63,945 nucleotides of DNA, filler included, from Atractiella rhizophila (GCA_021432655.1; 14 parts of 12 records of this genome joined end to end with filler, not necessarily neighbours in it); one strand, 5' to 3'; counted from the whole stretch's first letter, positions 25,936 through 38,661 are shown. Translations and numbers: made by a program. Notes: generated by a model not told the origin, from the letters alone.

Positions 25936-26358
25936 ATGGCGATTCAAATCAAACCACTTGTACCTGGCGGCCTCGCATCTTGCTACTCCATATTCTCCAT
26001 ATTTGGCATCCTCTTCTTTGTTTTCATTGGGCTCGCTTTCGACAATGGGGTATGTTTCACTCTCTCCCCTCTTCTCTTCGGCGCCTCCCTTTGGTTTCTG
26101 TCTCAGTGACCTGGGCTTTGTTGGCGTAGGCGGATGTATTACTCGACTCTGAAGAGTCACCGCCAGACGGACATGCTGTCGCGAAGACGTGTTATGGAGC
26201 AGCGGTGGTGTATGCTGTCTTGATGGGGTTCTGTGCATGCCAGGTTCGTACTCTCTTACTTTCTTTCTGCATTGGGAAGAGCAGAGGAATGATTGATTGT
26301 GTCGGGAAAGGCGGGAGTGAATAGGAGGTACCAGAGGAGCAGCAGCATCCGGCTTTAA
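25936..26358 (+). CDS. V-ATPase subunit f / RNase kappa family small membrane protein (3 exons)
   Basis: MAIQIKPLVPGGLASCYSIFSIFGILFFVFIGLAFDNG|ADVLLDSEESPPDGHAVAKTCYGAAVVYAVLMGFCACQ|AGVNRRYQRSSSIRL*. Two TM helices and phase-0 introns. Confidence 0.82.
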
Positions 26359-27166
26359 AGCATTCGTCTTGATTCGATTTGTCTACATCCGTTCCATACG
26401 ACATGTAATCGTAATTTATCTATCCCACCCCCAGTCTCACTTTCCCTCACCATATCCTCACCATATCCATGAGAACATGCGAATTGCAACGCTGTTTGTT
26501 CGAAAGATGCATTGAAATTGTAGGTGGTGACATGCCAGGCTTCTTCGAAGTGCCGGGTTTCGAGAGTCAGAGTCAGGTGTTCTTTCCCCTTCCCGTGCAT
26601 TGTTCCACCTGCAGACAGGAGCACATGTGTGCTTGTGGTCCGTACCAGCATGTGAGATCGTAAATGCATAAGTAATTTGGTGTGGCACTACGTCTCTGAT
26701 CTCAACATTACTGCCCTCCATATTGTGACAATGCAGGTTTTGGAAGGCCAACGCACTTGATATTTGCTGCAGCGGTCTATGGAGTGTCGAGACGAGGGCA
26801 GGGCACTGGCGGCCCATACATTTTGACAAACTGACATGGAACTAAGGGGCTGAGCCGTACGGCCACAAAGTTACTGTAATGGAGGCCATGGAGCAGGGCA
26901 TAGATGTAATATGGATCTGGAGGCACACCAATCATTTGCTACCTGTCAAGGTTTGTTTGTCTGTCTGTTGAGCACTTTGGGCATTGTGACCATGCAAGGA
27001 AGGCAAAACTTTAAAAAAAAATTAAGTCCAAACAGCCACGAACATTGACAGCTGTTCGAGATAACCAGGTTGACAGAGTTTCTGCCATTTAAACCAGTCA
27101 ACAATTGGAGGCTGAAGGGTCTGTTGAAGTTTGGCGAACTTCGACGACGGGTTTCCGAATCGTACA

Positions 27167-27264
27167 ACATTGACAGGTGCAATACAGTACCTTCATCTTG
27201 CGGGAAACATTGACAGGTGCAATACAGTACCTTCATCTTGCGGGAAACGTTGACAGGTGCAATA
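27167..27264. repeat. 40-bp tandem repeat, about 2.4 copies
   Basis: Unit TGACAGGTGCAATACAGTACCTTCATCTTGCGGGAAACRT at 27171 and 27211, partial at 27251. Confidence 0.95.
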
Positions 27265-28378
27265 GATTCTGCTTGCTCGGAGGATTGTGTTATAAATGGC
27301 CTTATTCGTTGTCGTCCCCCGCCATCCCTTCAGGCTTAATAATAACGGCTCAACCCGTAGCCTCTTATCATCTATATCTGGCTTTGGGAAACTCTTCTAT
27401 GCTTTTGGTATGTTTCGCCCTTTAATAATGTTGCCTCTATCTGATGGGTGCAACAGTGATCTCGCCACTGATAGCAGAGCAGACATCCTTCCGAGTGGCA
27501 GGATGGACACATCTTTGAAGACGTTATGGAGCAGCGATCCTAGATGCCGTTTTAATGGCGCTCTGTCTTGACTTGGTATGCTTGTCTTTCGAAAACCTCA
27601 AGAAAAGGGAAGGTCGATGAATAGTAGTGGAGTAGTAGCATCTGGTTTCAAGCCACCCCTATCCAAATCGCTCCCTTCGATCTTTAACTGTTTTGCACCC
27701 ATTCCATCCCCTTCCGCCTCTCTCCTCCGTTGATCATCCTAGAATGCTGGCTAGAATGATCGAAGTGGGGCGATGACTTTATTTAAGGCATGAGATGGTG
27801 GAATTTGGGAGAAAAGGGGAGAGAGTATGGCCTGCTCTGCAATGGTGAGTATTTTCTTGTTTTTCCAGTCAATGGGAAGAGTGGTGTAATTTTCGCCAAT
27901 GTAAGCTGTGGCTCAGCAGGCATAATGGTCCTCTTCAGTTGAATAGACAGACAGGTGTCCTTTGATTTCGCTGACATAAGGCGAACGTACGTCCGTTATA
28001 GCACACAGGACCAAATTGAAATTGACAATCATACTTCTCTGGGAATTTGCAGCCTGCGTCTCTCCTGTGGCTTTCATTCTATGTGTGCAAACACTCTTCG
28101 TCTTTTTCTTGTTCTTTGATGGAGTGGATAAATGCCGCCGTGATAGGAATAAGAAACAGATGTGACAGAGCGGACGGACGGTGGGGATATATGCAGACCC
28201 GACAGACAGATGTTTGAATGACGATTATTTGGCGACGATGATATTTGGCCAGACCGGACCCTGAGGGCCCAGCTCCAACGGAACCTAGCAGTGGCTCAGA
28301 AGGGAAGAGCTTCTCAGGTGCTATTACGCATCAGCTCGTTTTTTTGCGTGCAGAAGTGTTCAATCCGAGCAAGAGAGG

Positions 28379-29715
28379 ATGGAAGATTTTCATGGCGATA
28401 TTCCTTGGACCACAGATGCTGCGTCCTTTAATGCAGGAGCGACGGCAGATGACCATCATGTCCAACCATATCCATACCAGACTCATCAGGTTCCATCACC
28501 TCCTAGGTCCAATGCTGGATCCTGGTGGAACTCGTCGATTCATATGGATCCGTATGACAGTTCCCATGTTTCCTTCGATCACAGATGGATAGCGCCGTCC
28601 TTCCCAAACGTGCCTGCAGTTCCTGTCACCTATGAGCCCTCATTTTCGCTTCATGGGAACTACCATCCTGTCAATCCCTATTATCTTCCTCCCCCAGTGG
28701 GGCCATTCGAGACCCAACATGCTCAAGATCATGTACCAACGCATCTAATGCCCACCGCACCCAGTGCGTCCGCTGCTGTGCTTTCCGCTTTCCGTGCAGT
28801 CGAAAAGATGACACGTTTCCACAGACTTCCAGAACCTGGTTTATTCCCATCCGCCGCCAGTCCTACCCCTCGCTGAACACTATCGGAGGATCGCCAGAGA
28901 TTCTCCTTCTTATGCAGCCCAAGTCAACTTTGGGACGCCGGGTAAGTCTTTATACCATTACTTCAGATTCAGATGGGGATTGATCGATTTTCCTGCTGCA
29001 GCGAGCGTTGCGAGTGCTAACCCTTGGATAGGACATGAGAACACCGTTGCAGGTGAAGTGATCGATTATACCAATGGGCACAGGATAGACAGTACGATGC
29101 TTCCACAGCTGATACTTATGCTCAAGCGGAAATAAAATAGCAGCTACTTCTCAGAAACTGCTCAAGACTACTCCCCTTGCACGAACGCTCATTCTCTATT
29201 TCGACAGGGAAGGGAAAAAGATTTGGATGTTGCAAGAACTTCTGGATCTTGGTCGTAGCCCAAGGGAAGAAGGCTTAGATGGCCCTGTTACGTTCAGTAG
29301 TCCGGCATATATGAGGGTCACTTGCTGCGGAAAGGAGTGTTTGCCTTCCGCTAGGAATCAGAGGGAGCGAAATAGTACGCTTAAGCGTTCCCCGCTTCCT
29401 TTTCTGACGTGCAGAGTAGATTTCCTAAAAGGCCAATTGAAGTGGATCGGTAAGCACCTTCACCAGTTTATCGTCACCTCTCAAATTAACAGTGGAATTT
29501 GGCTTATAGGTGACTGTGCCCACAAACCCTCATTCAAGTTTGAAGGGAAACGACCGTCAGTCATCTTGTAAGTCAATGCCTTTGTTTGCTACCTTCAGGT
29601 CTCCCTCTCCTTGCTTATGCATTGATGTAGGTCTCATCTGGTCAAAGAAAGCTGCACGCTGCACACGACGCATCCCGACTTGGTTCAATATGCAGAATGG
29701 TGCCGTGCCCTATGA
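28379..29715 (+). CDS. Orphan 7-exon gene: Pro/His-rich N-terminus, Cys/His-containing C-terminal domain
   Basis: Exons 28379-28763, 28825-28941, 29002-29091, 29141-29374, 29420-29449, 29510-29567 and 29631-29715 splice in frame through six 45-63 nt GT-AG introns. Confidence 0.6.
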
Positions 29716-30444
29716 AAAACAGGACTCTACTTTAAACCTCGTCATCTGTCTTGTCTGTGGTCTAATCGTTTCCGTTCAGTGTCCATGTCTCCAAAAGATA
29801 GATTCTCATTTCCTCGGTCCTAACTCCTCCTGTTTGGTTTCACTGCTTGAAGTCTTTGTTGTGCCTCGTTTGTCTTCGTCATTGCTTTGACAGTACATCA
29901 TCGTCGTTTCATCCACTTGCACCAGCAGCCAGGACATCATCTGCGTAGCATTCAGTAGCATCACATTGTCTTCATTCCTTTTGTGTTTATCCAATAAGGT
30001 GCAATGCCATCTAATTCAATGCTTACGACCGCTAATGCTGGAAATACAGAACGTACAGCATCGGCTGGAAGGCTGGAATTGGCTGGCTTTGCCCAAAGCA
30101 AGATGCGGACCAACGCCACCAACAAACCATGAGATCGGCCCCATGAAACATGCTCGTCTGCGGCTTTTCTCCTAGCTGAGCAGCCCTCGGTGAGAAGTCA
30201 CCTGACTCAGTCAGGAAAACAATTTTTTTTTCGTCTCTAAACAGGCTTTGCTGTATACGGTTCGAAGGGCGCAGACACGCGTATTCTGTTGGTATGCTCA
30301 GAATTCTGACAGGGTTGTTGTGGGCGGTGATATAAGAGCTCAAAAGTACATGCGTGAGTCATGGTCAAACCCGTCGTGCTTTTTATATAAGGAGATTCTT
30401 GCCCCGTAACCTCGCATCCATCAACTTTTCTAAATTGTCAAGAA

Positions 30445-30790
30445 ACTCGCTCCGCTCTTCAACGCCTGGCTTTGGTTTCTGTTACATCCCAGTCAAGATT
30501 GGGCTTTCCTTTGTTGGCATAGGTGGATGCATTACTGTGCTCAGCACCAAAAGAAGACGGAGTCGCTGTAGCACAGACGTGTTATCGAGCAGTATTAGTC
30601 TCTGCTGTCTCAATGGGCTTCCGTCCGTCCCAGGTTGGTACTTTCTTACTTCCTTAGAGCGTTGGGAAGAACTGGTGAGTGATTATTGTGTCAGGGAAAG
30701 CGCGTGTGAATAGTACCGTTGGAGCAATAGCATCCGTGTTCGGATTTGCCTAGATCCATCCAATCGATTTGTAAATCGTAATTTATCCCC
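30445..30790 (+). pseudogene. Diverged partial duplicate of the V-ATPase subunit f gene
   Basis: Colinear with about 26060-26420 (intron 1 tail, exon 2, intron 2, exon 3, 3' UTR TCGTAATTTATC). Exon 1 is missing and exon 3 is shifted. Confidence 0.8.
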
Positions 30791-31991
30791 CTCATGCCCT
30801 TGTATCGCTCTATAGTCTCATACCCATAGAACCTTAGATTACAGTCCTTGATGGAAGGTCTTAATACGCATAATTGGGGGACAGATGGTGGGTTTTCGGC
30901 GAGGGTGGAGAGGTTAAATCAGAGTAACGCATCTTGTTGTGCCTCCGCCGACATGCAAGTTATCTTTATTTCGTTCTCTAGTGTACACTCAACTGCTTCA
31001 GCTGCCGGTCTGAGAGCTTCCACAAATTGGTTGGCCTTTACAAAGTTAAATCTGGAGGGTTACTTCGCATATTCACTGGCTGCTTGCCTGAAGGCAAAGG
31101 GCAGCTTTATTCCAATAGTAATTCGCCACCTTGGTGTGGCGAACGAGAGCCCTTGGCGGCGTGGAAGAGGTGGCACTCTTGAACTATGAAACTGATAGAG
31201 AGGGCAAGTTAGATGAGGTTCTAGGAGGCCGTTGGACTCTGTAAAGAGATGTGGACGCTCAATCGATAGAAAAGTAGCGCCAAACAGTGATGAGAAGAAG
31301 AGCGCTCACTGATTGGGAAGAAGATCGCGCTTATTGATTGCAAATAGCGAACATTAGGAATTTCAAACTAACCTTTTTTGTAAACCTTATGAATGATCGT
31401 CGAAATTCAATCACGGAACAACTCCCCGTCGCATTTCTCATCACATCACGGACCAAGCTATTGCATTTCTGTTCTGCTTTTCATCTTCATTGGCGGAGCG
31501 GAGCCAGAGGTTCATCTCCGCCAGCAGAGCCGTGTGTGCACTGATACCATGCCGTATTTTCATCTTCTGAGTGTGTTTCGTAACAGAACCAAGCAGGAGG
31601 GAAAAGTTCTCATCGAGAGCGATCACAAGAAACAGATGCAGGTCCCTTCAGTCAGAGGGGATGAGCCGCAAATATGGTTACCTGATCTGACAAGGTTCTC
31701 CCTCTCGTACGAAAGCTTCTCAGACAAAACTGTTTACGTGATCCAGACCACTCCCTCGTACGAAAGGTAATGCTCTCGTACGAAAGGTAAATGCAAGTAT
31801 ATTGGGTGGTCCAACCCGCCTTTCTCATACAGAATCTCAACTTCCGATTTCAGCACCCGAGCGCCTCGACACCTTGTTCTGCTCTCCTCCCGAAAGGATT
31901 TTTATAAAAGGGGATTGCTCAGGATCTTTTCCTCTGATGGTGTTTATTGCACTTCAGCTCAACGTTTTGGGGACCCTTCATTTCGACCAAC

Positions 31992-32239
31992 ATGGGAGAT
32001 TCTCACCTCAACAACTGGCCACGCCCATCCTTTGATCGTGCGTTGGTAAACTTTGAAGAGCTGGTCCCACCACATCCCTTTCACACTCCAACTTCTACCT
32101 TGTCCAGCGCGCAATTTACACTTTATAACAAGCCTCATCCTCCGCTCGATCTGGTTAACGCTAAGCCAGTCCCAGTGGGCGAATCATGGAATCAAGACCT
32201 GCAACAACCTTTGGCGGAATATCAATGCCCCAGCATCCC
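31992..32239 (+). CDS. Hypothetical protein, 5' part
   Basis: ATG at 31992 downstream of TATAAAA (about 31903); frame open to the contig end (MGDSHLNNWPRPSFD..). Confidence 0.45.
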
Positions 32240-32739
32240 NNNNNNNNNNNNNNNNNNNNNNNNNNNNNNNNNNNNNNNNNNNNTTAATTAATTAANNNNN
32301 NNNNNNNNNNNNNNNNNNNNNNNNNNNNNNNNNNNNNNNGGGAGAGGTGAGATGAATGAATTCGAGAGCGCTGCTCCAGAAGTTTGAAATCCCTAAAAAG
32401 CAGGCCCAATATCACAAAAGTTGCACCAGCTCCTTTTGAAGAAATAATAAGGTGAGGCAGAGCATGGATGGCGGATTAAATACGAGACCACGACCACTTC
32501 CGAGCGTTGTCGATGGGTTGATTGACTGTTCGATTATGAGGTGACTAATAACCCAGTCCTTTTTCAAAAAAGGTTGGTTCCAGCAGATGAGTTTCGAAGC
32601 GAATCAATAAGGTATTTGGCGAGAGGGGAGCCATGTATGGGGAGAGGTAAATTGTTGACAACAGACACAGAAAGAAGTTGCTCCTCTCCTCTCTTTGGAT
32701 CGTTGTTTGGGAAAACGATCGATAAACGACTCTTGGCGC

Positions 32740-35263
32740 TCAGAATCCCGTCGAATATCCCTCCTGAGTATTCGTGACAGGATGGGTGTAATCGAACGTC
32801 GCGAGTCTGTAATTCGGATCGAATCCCTCGAATCCCATTCCGATAGTCGTCGTCGTTGGATCCATTGACAAATGATGAGTTGGATGCTGCTGGAATGCAT
32901 ACTGATGAGGGTATGGATGATACTGGAAAGTTTGTTGAGGCTGAGATTGCACATATTCCATCTGAGAGTTCTTCAAAGTCAAAGGCGGAGCGGCCGAATG
33001 GTGTCTCCTCAACAACGACGGCGCCTGAAGGGGTACACCATCTCGAGGAAGCGAAAGACTCTCAGACCGCACAAGATTCGGAGCAGAGAACGTCGCAGGT
33101 GAAGAGCTCCACGTGCTGGGCGACAGCTCGTTCGTGTTCGCTGGCGAGGTACGATCGAAACCTTCTCCATCTGAAGGGTTGGGAGTGAGCACCGTGGGAG
33201 AAGTGCGGAGCCATTGTTGGCTTTGGTCGTATGTCGCGTAGGAGGCATGGGGTTGATGGAATGTGCTTGCAGACGATGGACCGTGTGACTGGTCGGATGC
33301 CTCTCCATCTGACGAGTGGGACGACATTCCATCCACAACCGTCGCCATCGCTTGTATCTCCATATCCTCGTCTGGATCCTGATAGCTACTGGGGGAATCC
33401 GACAATTTCTCATGCACATTCTTAATATGCGCGGTTAGATTGTCCCTGTCACAACAATATATCAATTGACTCTCCAACCCAAACAAAACGAAGACACGTA
33501 CGATCTAGCAAACCTCTTTTCACAATACGTACAAATAAAAGGTTTCTCCATCGTATGCGTCCTCACATGCCTCTTCAGATGTTCTAACCTCCTGAAGAGT
33601 TTCCCGCACGTCAACAGAGGACACTGATAGCTCCTCTGCATCACCATCCCATTGGGGGTATTCTGAGCAATCATAACCTCTCCCTGTCCCACCATAGGGG
33701 TGTACCCTTGTTGAGGATACGGAGCGCTTCGATGTCCACCATAACTCGGATGAGCGGAGACGAGAGGGCCAGTTGCAGCGAAAGATGAGGTATAATGAGG
33801 CGGGGCTGAGGAAGGAGGGTATATAGTGTTAATAGGATATGCAGCTTGAACGTTCGGAGGAAGCGTCTGAATGGGAGCCGGCGTTTGGCTCTTTTCCTTC
33901 TTTCCTCCCATCCCTCCCTCTTTAGGCTGGACGCTGCTCTTCCTTCCTGTCGGCTTCCTCCTCTGTTTGTAAGTGGGCGAGCCCTCGAAGAGGGAAAGAG
34001 CGCCAAAGATCGCAGACGCCTGCGGATCGGTGAACGAGCGCTTGATCGGTCCGGCTGGGCCTGCGGACGAGGCGGTGGATGGATTGGGAGAAGGCGAGGC
34101 TGAGGAGGTGGATGATGATGGAGGCATGAGGAGGATTTGAGAGCCTCCTGGGGACTGTTGACTGCTTTCTCCGCTGGGACCAGCCATCAATTGAGGTGGC
34201 TGAGTCGAGAAATCCGAAGTCGTGAGTGTAGGCGGACTCTTCTGCTCCTTGCCCATCTCTCCCTCCATCTCCCGTTCCTCCGCCTTCGTCTCCACACTAT
34301 GCGACTGAGCACTCCTCCCCATCCCAATCATCTGTTCGGCGGTCACCACCCGCTCTCCCGCCGTTCCATTCTGAGCAGCCAACTCCCGCTCCTTCTCGTT
34401 GTTCAACTGCGTGAACTGCTCATAAAGTGTCTTCTGTGGGTTGTACACAAAGGAGAGTGCAGGTTCTGCAATCGCCTCTGTCGTCGCTTCCACGCCCAAC
34501 TTTTCCCGCTTCAGGTCGCGGTCGAGGGCGTCGAGGAAAAGCCTGTCATGAGGGACGGAGAACCAGTAGAAGACCTTTTGCTTCTTCTGTGTACGGATAC
34601 AGTTGTGCTTGAACAATAGTTCCAGAAATCCGCTCTAGAATGGTAATGCAGCTCGTCAATGACCGGACTCATACCCATATACGATGAGGAAGGAAGCGAC
34701 AAACGCACCTTCGGTTCTTCCAAAGTAGCATCTTGGCCAGCCTTCAAATTTCTCAAATCGCTAAAAATCCCCTCCTCAAACTTCTTCACGTTCCTCACCG
34801 GTCTCCCAAAAGCCAAAAACCTGAAATGAAGTGCTCTCACGATATCCGTCCCAGTGATATGATACAGACCGTTCCACATCACGCACGAGATGAACTCGCC
34901 AGTGGGGAGCATGAAGCGATTCATCATCCTCTCTTCCCTCTGCACCACATCGCGGGGATCATAAGGACTGGTATCGAAGGATCCAGGGGCGGTGGCGAGG
35001 AAGAACTTGAGGCGGTCGACGCAATCGAGCAGGCTTTCGGTCGTTGGTGCTTGTGTGAGGGTGAGGGGAACGAAGGCTGTCCCATTCGGAGCAGCGGGTA
35101 TGAGCGCTTGTGCTCCTACGGGATGGGTTCCGGGGCGCGGAACGAAGGGAGAGACGATGATTGGTGCGCCGTGAGCGGGGACGGGGAGTTGGGGGTGTGG
35201 GTGTGGGTGTGTGGAAGCGAGGAGAGGACCGGAGAATCCGGCAGCTGGTTGTGGTTGGGCCAT
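32740..35263 (-). CDS. STE12: Ste12-like transcription factor with two C2H2 fingers
   Basis: [115 protein letters not shown]. Confidence 0.97.
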
Positions 35264-36183
35264 ATTTGTCGTTTGTAGGTTCCTACGTCGGTTGACTTCC
35301 GGTCGGTAGGCGAGTAGGTCGGTAGGGATGAGGGAAGAATGGGGTTGTTGGCGGCAGAAGGAGAAAGATTAAGGATTATCTCGTTCTCTCCTGGCAGGCT
35401 CCAGGCAGGCAGGCTGGGAAACTGAGTCGTACTGTTTCCGTCCCCACAAGTATCGTCAGTGAGTGAGGCGAGCGAGATATGTAGAGCTATGGCGGAGAGC
35501 GGAAGATTCAAAGTGGAACCAAAAGAGGAGGAACAAGGAACCGGTTCATATTACCCTCGCTCGGCCGTTCACTCTGCACATCGCTGATCCCCTCCCAACG
35601 CTCCAATTTAACATGGTAACATTTGAGGACGAATACGTCAAAAGTCGGACATGGACAACATGTTACGTTACTCCGCACCATGATTGCGCCGCCCAACCCC
35701 AGTATTGTGAAGATCGGAAAACTCACTTTTGGGAGAATAAGTAAAAGAGTTAGTGGTACAATTTCCCTTATTCGGTATATGTGGGGTACAATCTGATCTC
35801 CCTTCTTCTTTGGTGGGTGACTCTGAGTAGATGAAAGCGAAAAGAGCGATGTGATTTGGACGGTAAGGAAGGACGAGAAGGGAAGAAAAGAGTGTCAGAG
35901 CGAGGAGTCCCGCTTTTTGTCGAATGTGAGTCTCGTGGTGGTTCGCAGGGGCGTTGGGCTGGAGGGAGGGGCTGAGTTGCGGGGGAGGAAGAGTGGTCGT
36001 TGGGCGGATTGTCAGCTCACTGGGATTCCTCGGAAACGAGGTGGAAGCGACACCACGGACCGGGTATCCGTACGTCTTTGCCGCTCGGGTTCTTGCATTG
36101 TATGCCATGTTCTCAGGGCGGAGGCTATTTACGACGCAACAGGCAGAGCAAGCAAGCAGAGAAGGGAGGGGAGAATGGGTATT

Positions 36184-37766
36184 TCATTTCTTCTTATTAG
36201 GTGTCTTCCTTTTTATCGTCTCGTCGCCAATAAAGATCCCTTTGCCCTGTCACACGTCCACCCAGACGAGTCGCACCAGAAACAGTTAGCGATTTCCATC
36301 CTCGGCATATTGAAGCATGTGAGAGAATAATTTGGGGGGAAGGAGGTAAGGTGTCAGGTCTCTGACAAGCCCCGGGATGTGAAAGTACGAGAAAATCATC
36401 TCGAGTTTCGCGTTTGCCACGTTGTCCTATGGGATCAAACGCGTCTAGCCTTGACGCATCAAGAGGACTGAACAAAAACACACACATCGAAATCCGAATG
36501 CCCTTGGACGCAACGCATCGGAATATTGTCGGGCACCCAAACACCTCCATGACATTTGAAGCAATAGATGAATAGAATGGGTCAGAAACGTGATATTGAT
36601 AAGAACTGAAGGTTTCAAGTTCACCAGTCAGCAGCTTAACACGTCAGAACAAATATTAATACAGAAGTGAGAGACGCGCAAATCTACATGTGAGCGAGAG
36701 AAAAACACTGTTGGATAAAATAAAAAGGAAAAATGATAGTTGGCAGGGACGATACCACCACAACGCTACAACCGAACCTTGAGACCCAAGAGTTTACCCA
36801 TGGTGTATAAAACAACCGTCTTTTACGAAAGAGTCTTTTCAAGAGGATCCATAATAAGTGCTCACACCTTGACTAGGGAAAGACGGTTTTCTCATGGACA
36901 TGGACACCAAACAATTCATAAACACAAACAGAAGTCACACTTGAGCCATTACTGGATATCTCCTTTAGAGAACAAGAACACTCTGGGCACAACAACCCAA
37001 TCGCAAATATGGACCAGAGAGAAGAGAACAACTCCAAAAGGATGAACAAAGGACATACCTTGTACGGCTCTGGTTTCCTCCACTTCTGGACGTAGCGACA
37101 CCACTCCCCAACCCTCTGTTTATCGATGCCAGCGACCTCTATAGCAGTCGTTCCCTGTAGGGTGACTCTCAAATCGGAAGGTATGTCAACAAGGACATCA
37201 TGACTGAACCCAAGTTTGAAACGCAACCTCTTCACACCTTCCCTCAACGGATCATCCTCCATAGCTACCCTATACCCAACTCCAACCAGCTTAATGACGA
37301 TGTAATACCCCCTCGTGGTCCCCACCACCGCATTATGTATAAGAGATCTCGTAGTGCCCCACATCTGTTTCTGAGCCTTATCCTCCGGGTCCACCACCGC
37401 AATACAAAGCTCGACCTCCTCCCCAACCTCCTTCGCCCTCCCCACCGCGTCCTCATACCTCTTCCCGCCAAGCACAATTCCCTTCCTCCACCCCACCCGC
37501 GGGTCCTTCGGCGCATACTTCTGTCCCTCCCCCCGCGCAGACCAGGCGAAGCGCACGTAGGGAGGGATGACGACGGGCAATGAGCCCAGGGGACCGGAGA
37601 TGAGCAGTGTGGACGCCTTTTGTAGGTGTGAGAAGGGAGGAAGCGGGTGCACGGAGGGTGGAGGAGCGCTGAGCGTGATGGAGGAGGGAATGGGGATGGG
37701 CTGGGACCCGATGTAGGAACGTAGGTGCGGGGTGGTGCTGAAGAGACGACGCTGCATTGTTGCCAT
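36184..37766 (-). CDS. MRPL6: Mitochondrial ribosomal protein uL6m (2 exons; last exon 36184-36246)
   Basis: SYIGSQPI, MWGTTRSLIHNAVVG, LVGVGYR, KLGFSH, GIDKQRVG, RKPEPYK|GKGIFIGDETIKRKTPNKKK*. Intron 36247-37058. Confidence 0.93.
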
Positions 37767-37981
37767 TTCGCAGATTAGCGAGGAGTGGTCGGTGGTGGCT
37801 GATGGGATGCAGAGGTGCAGGTGATTAGGGAGGTCTAGCGGTACTTTTGCTTGCTGTTGTTCTGAACTGTGGTTGTTGGCCTTGGGTGAACAATTTTGAA
37901 TTTCACGGGAGCCGCATTTGTATGTTTGACCTTGACTTCAACCACACCCAATAACTTGGAGGACGTAGGAGAGGAAGCAGG

Positions 37982-38661
37982 ATGAGCACGAGCAGGGCAT
38001 TGTGGGCGATAGTCTACTCTGGAGCGAACATAGGCAAGCGTGTGCTCAGGCATTCCATAGCGAACAGGACGCCAGCTTCCTCCACAAGGCACTTTGAAGA
38101 AGTAAACAGGCCTAAGGGAGGGATACACGATGTAGGGCCATCCTCATCCAGCCCGCTTTCTCATTCAAAACCTTCGCCTGAACCACTTACACCATCTCCT
38201 CCCCCACCGTCACCACCACCTCCTCCTCCTTCTCCTCCACCACCTCGAGCACCAGCGCCGTCCTCTCCAGCACCTCCAACACCCACCGAGCCAGAGCCCA
38301 TCCCGCCACCTCCTCCCACTACGGCCGACGACCCACCGCGCCCAGCCCTCCGTCTCTCTCCTGTCCCAACATCACGTCTCGCGCGCCTGCTCTCCTACTC
38401 CTCCCTCTCCCTCTCCCTCCTCCCCGGTCGCTCCTCCCAATCCAAAGCCGACGCACTGGTCCGCAAACTGTCACGCATGAGAGGCGCAGCATTGAAGTTG
38501 GGCCAGTTCTTGAGCTTGAACGAATTCGAACGGAGAGAAGGCGGAGGTGGCGTGTTGGATGGAAGTATTGGAGATGAGAAGGCACGGCAGTTGAGGGAGG
38601 TGTGGGAGAGAGTTATGGATCAAAGCGAGGGCATGGAGAGATGGCAAGCCGAAGTACGTCT
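37982..38661 (+). CDS. COQ8: ABC1/Coq8 atypical kinase, 5' part
   Basis: SPVPTSRLARLLSY, LVRKLSRMRGAALKLGQFLS (KxGQ motif), MERWQAE. Confidence 0.9.

Noticed and set aside
27167..27264. CRISPR-like array
   Set aside because: Head-to-tail repeats with no unique spacers, in eukaryotic context, with no cas genes.
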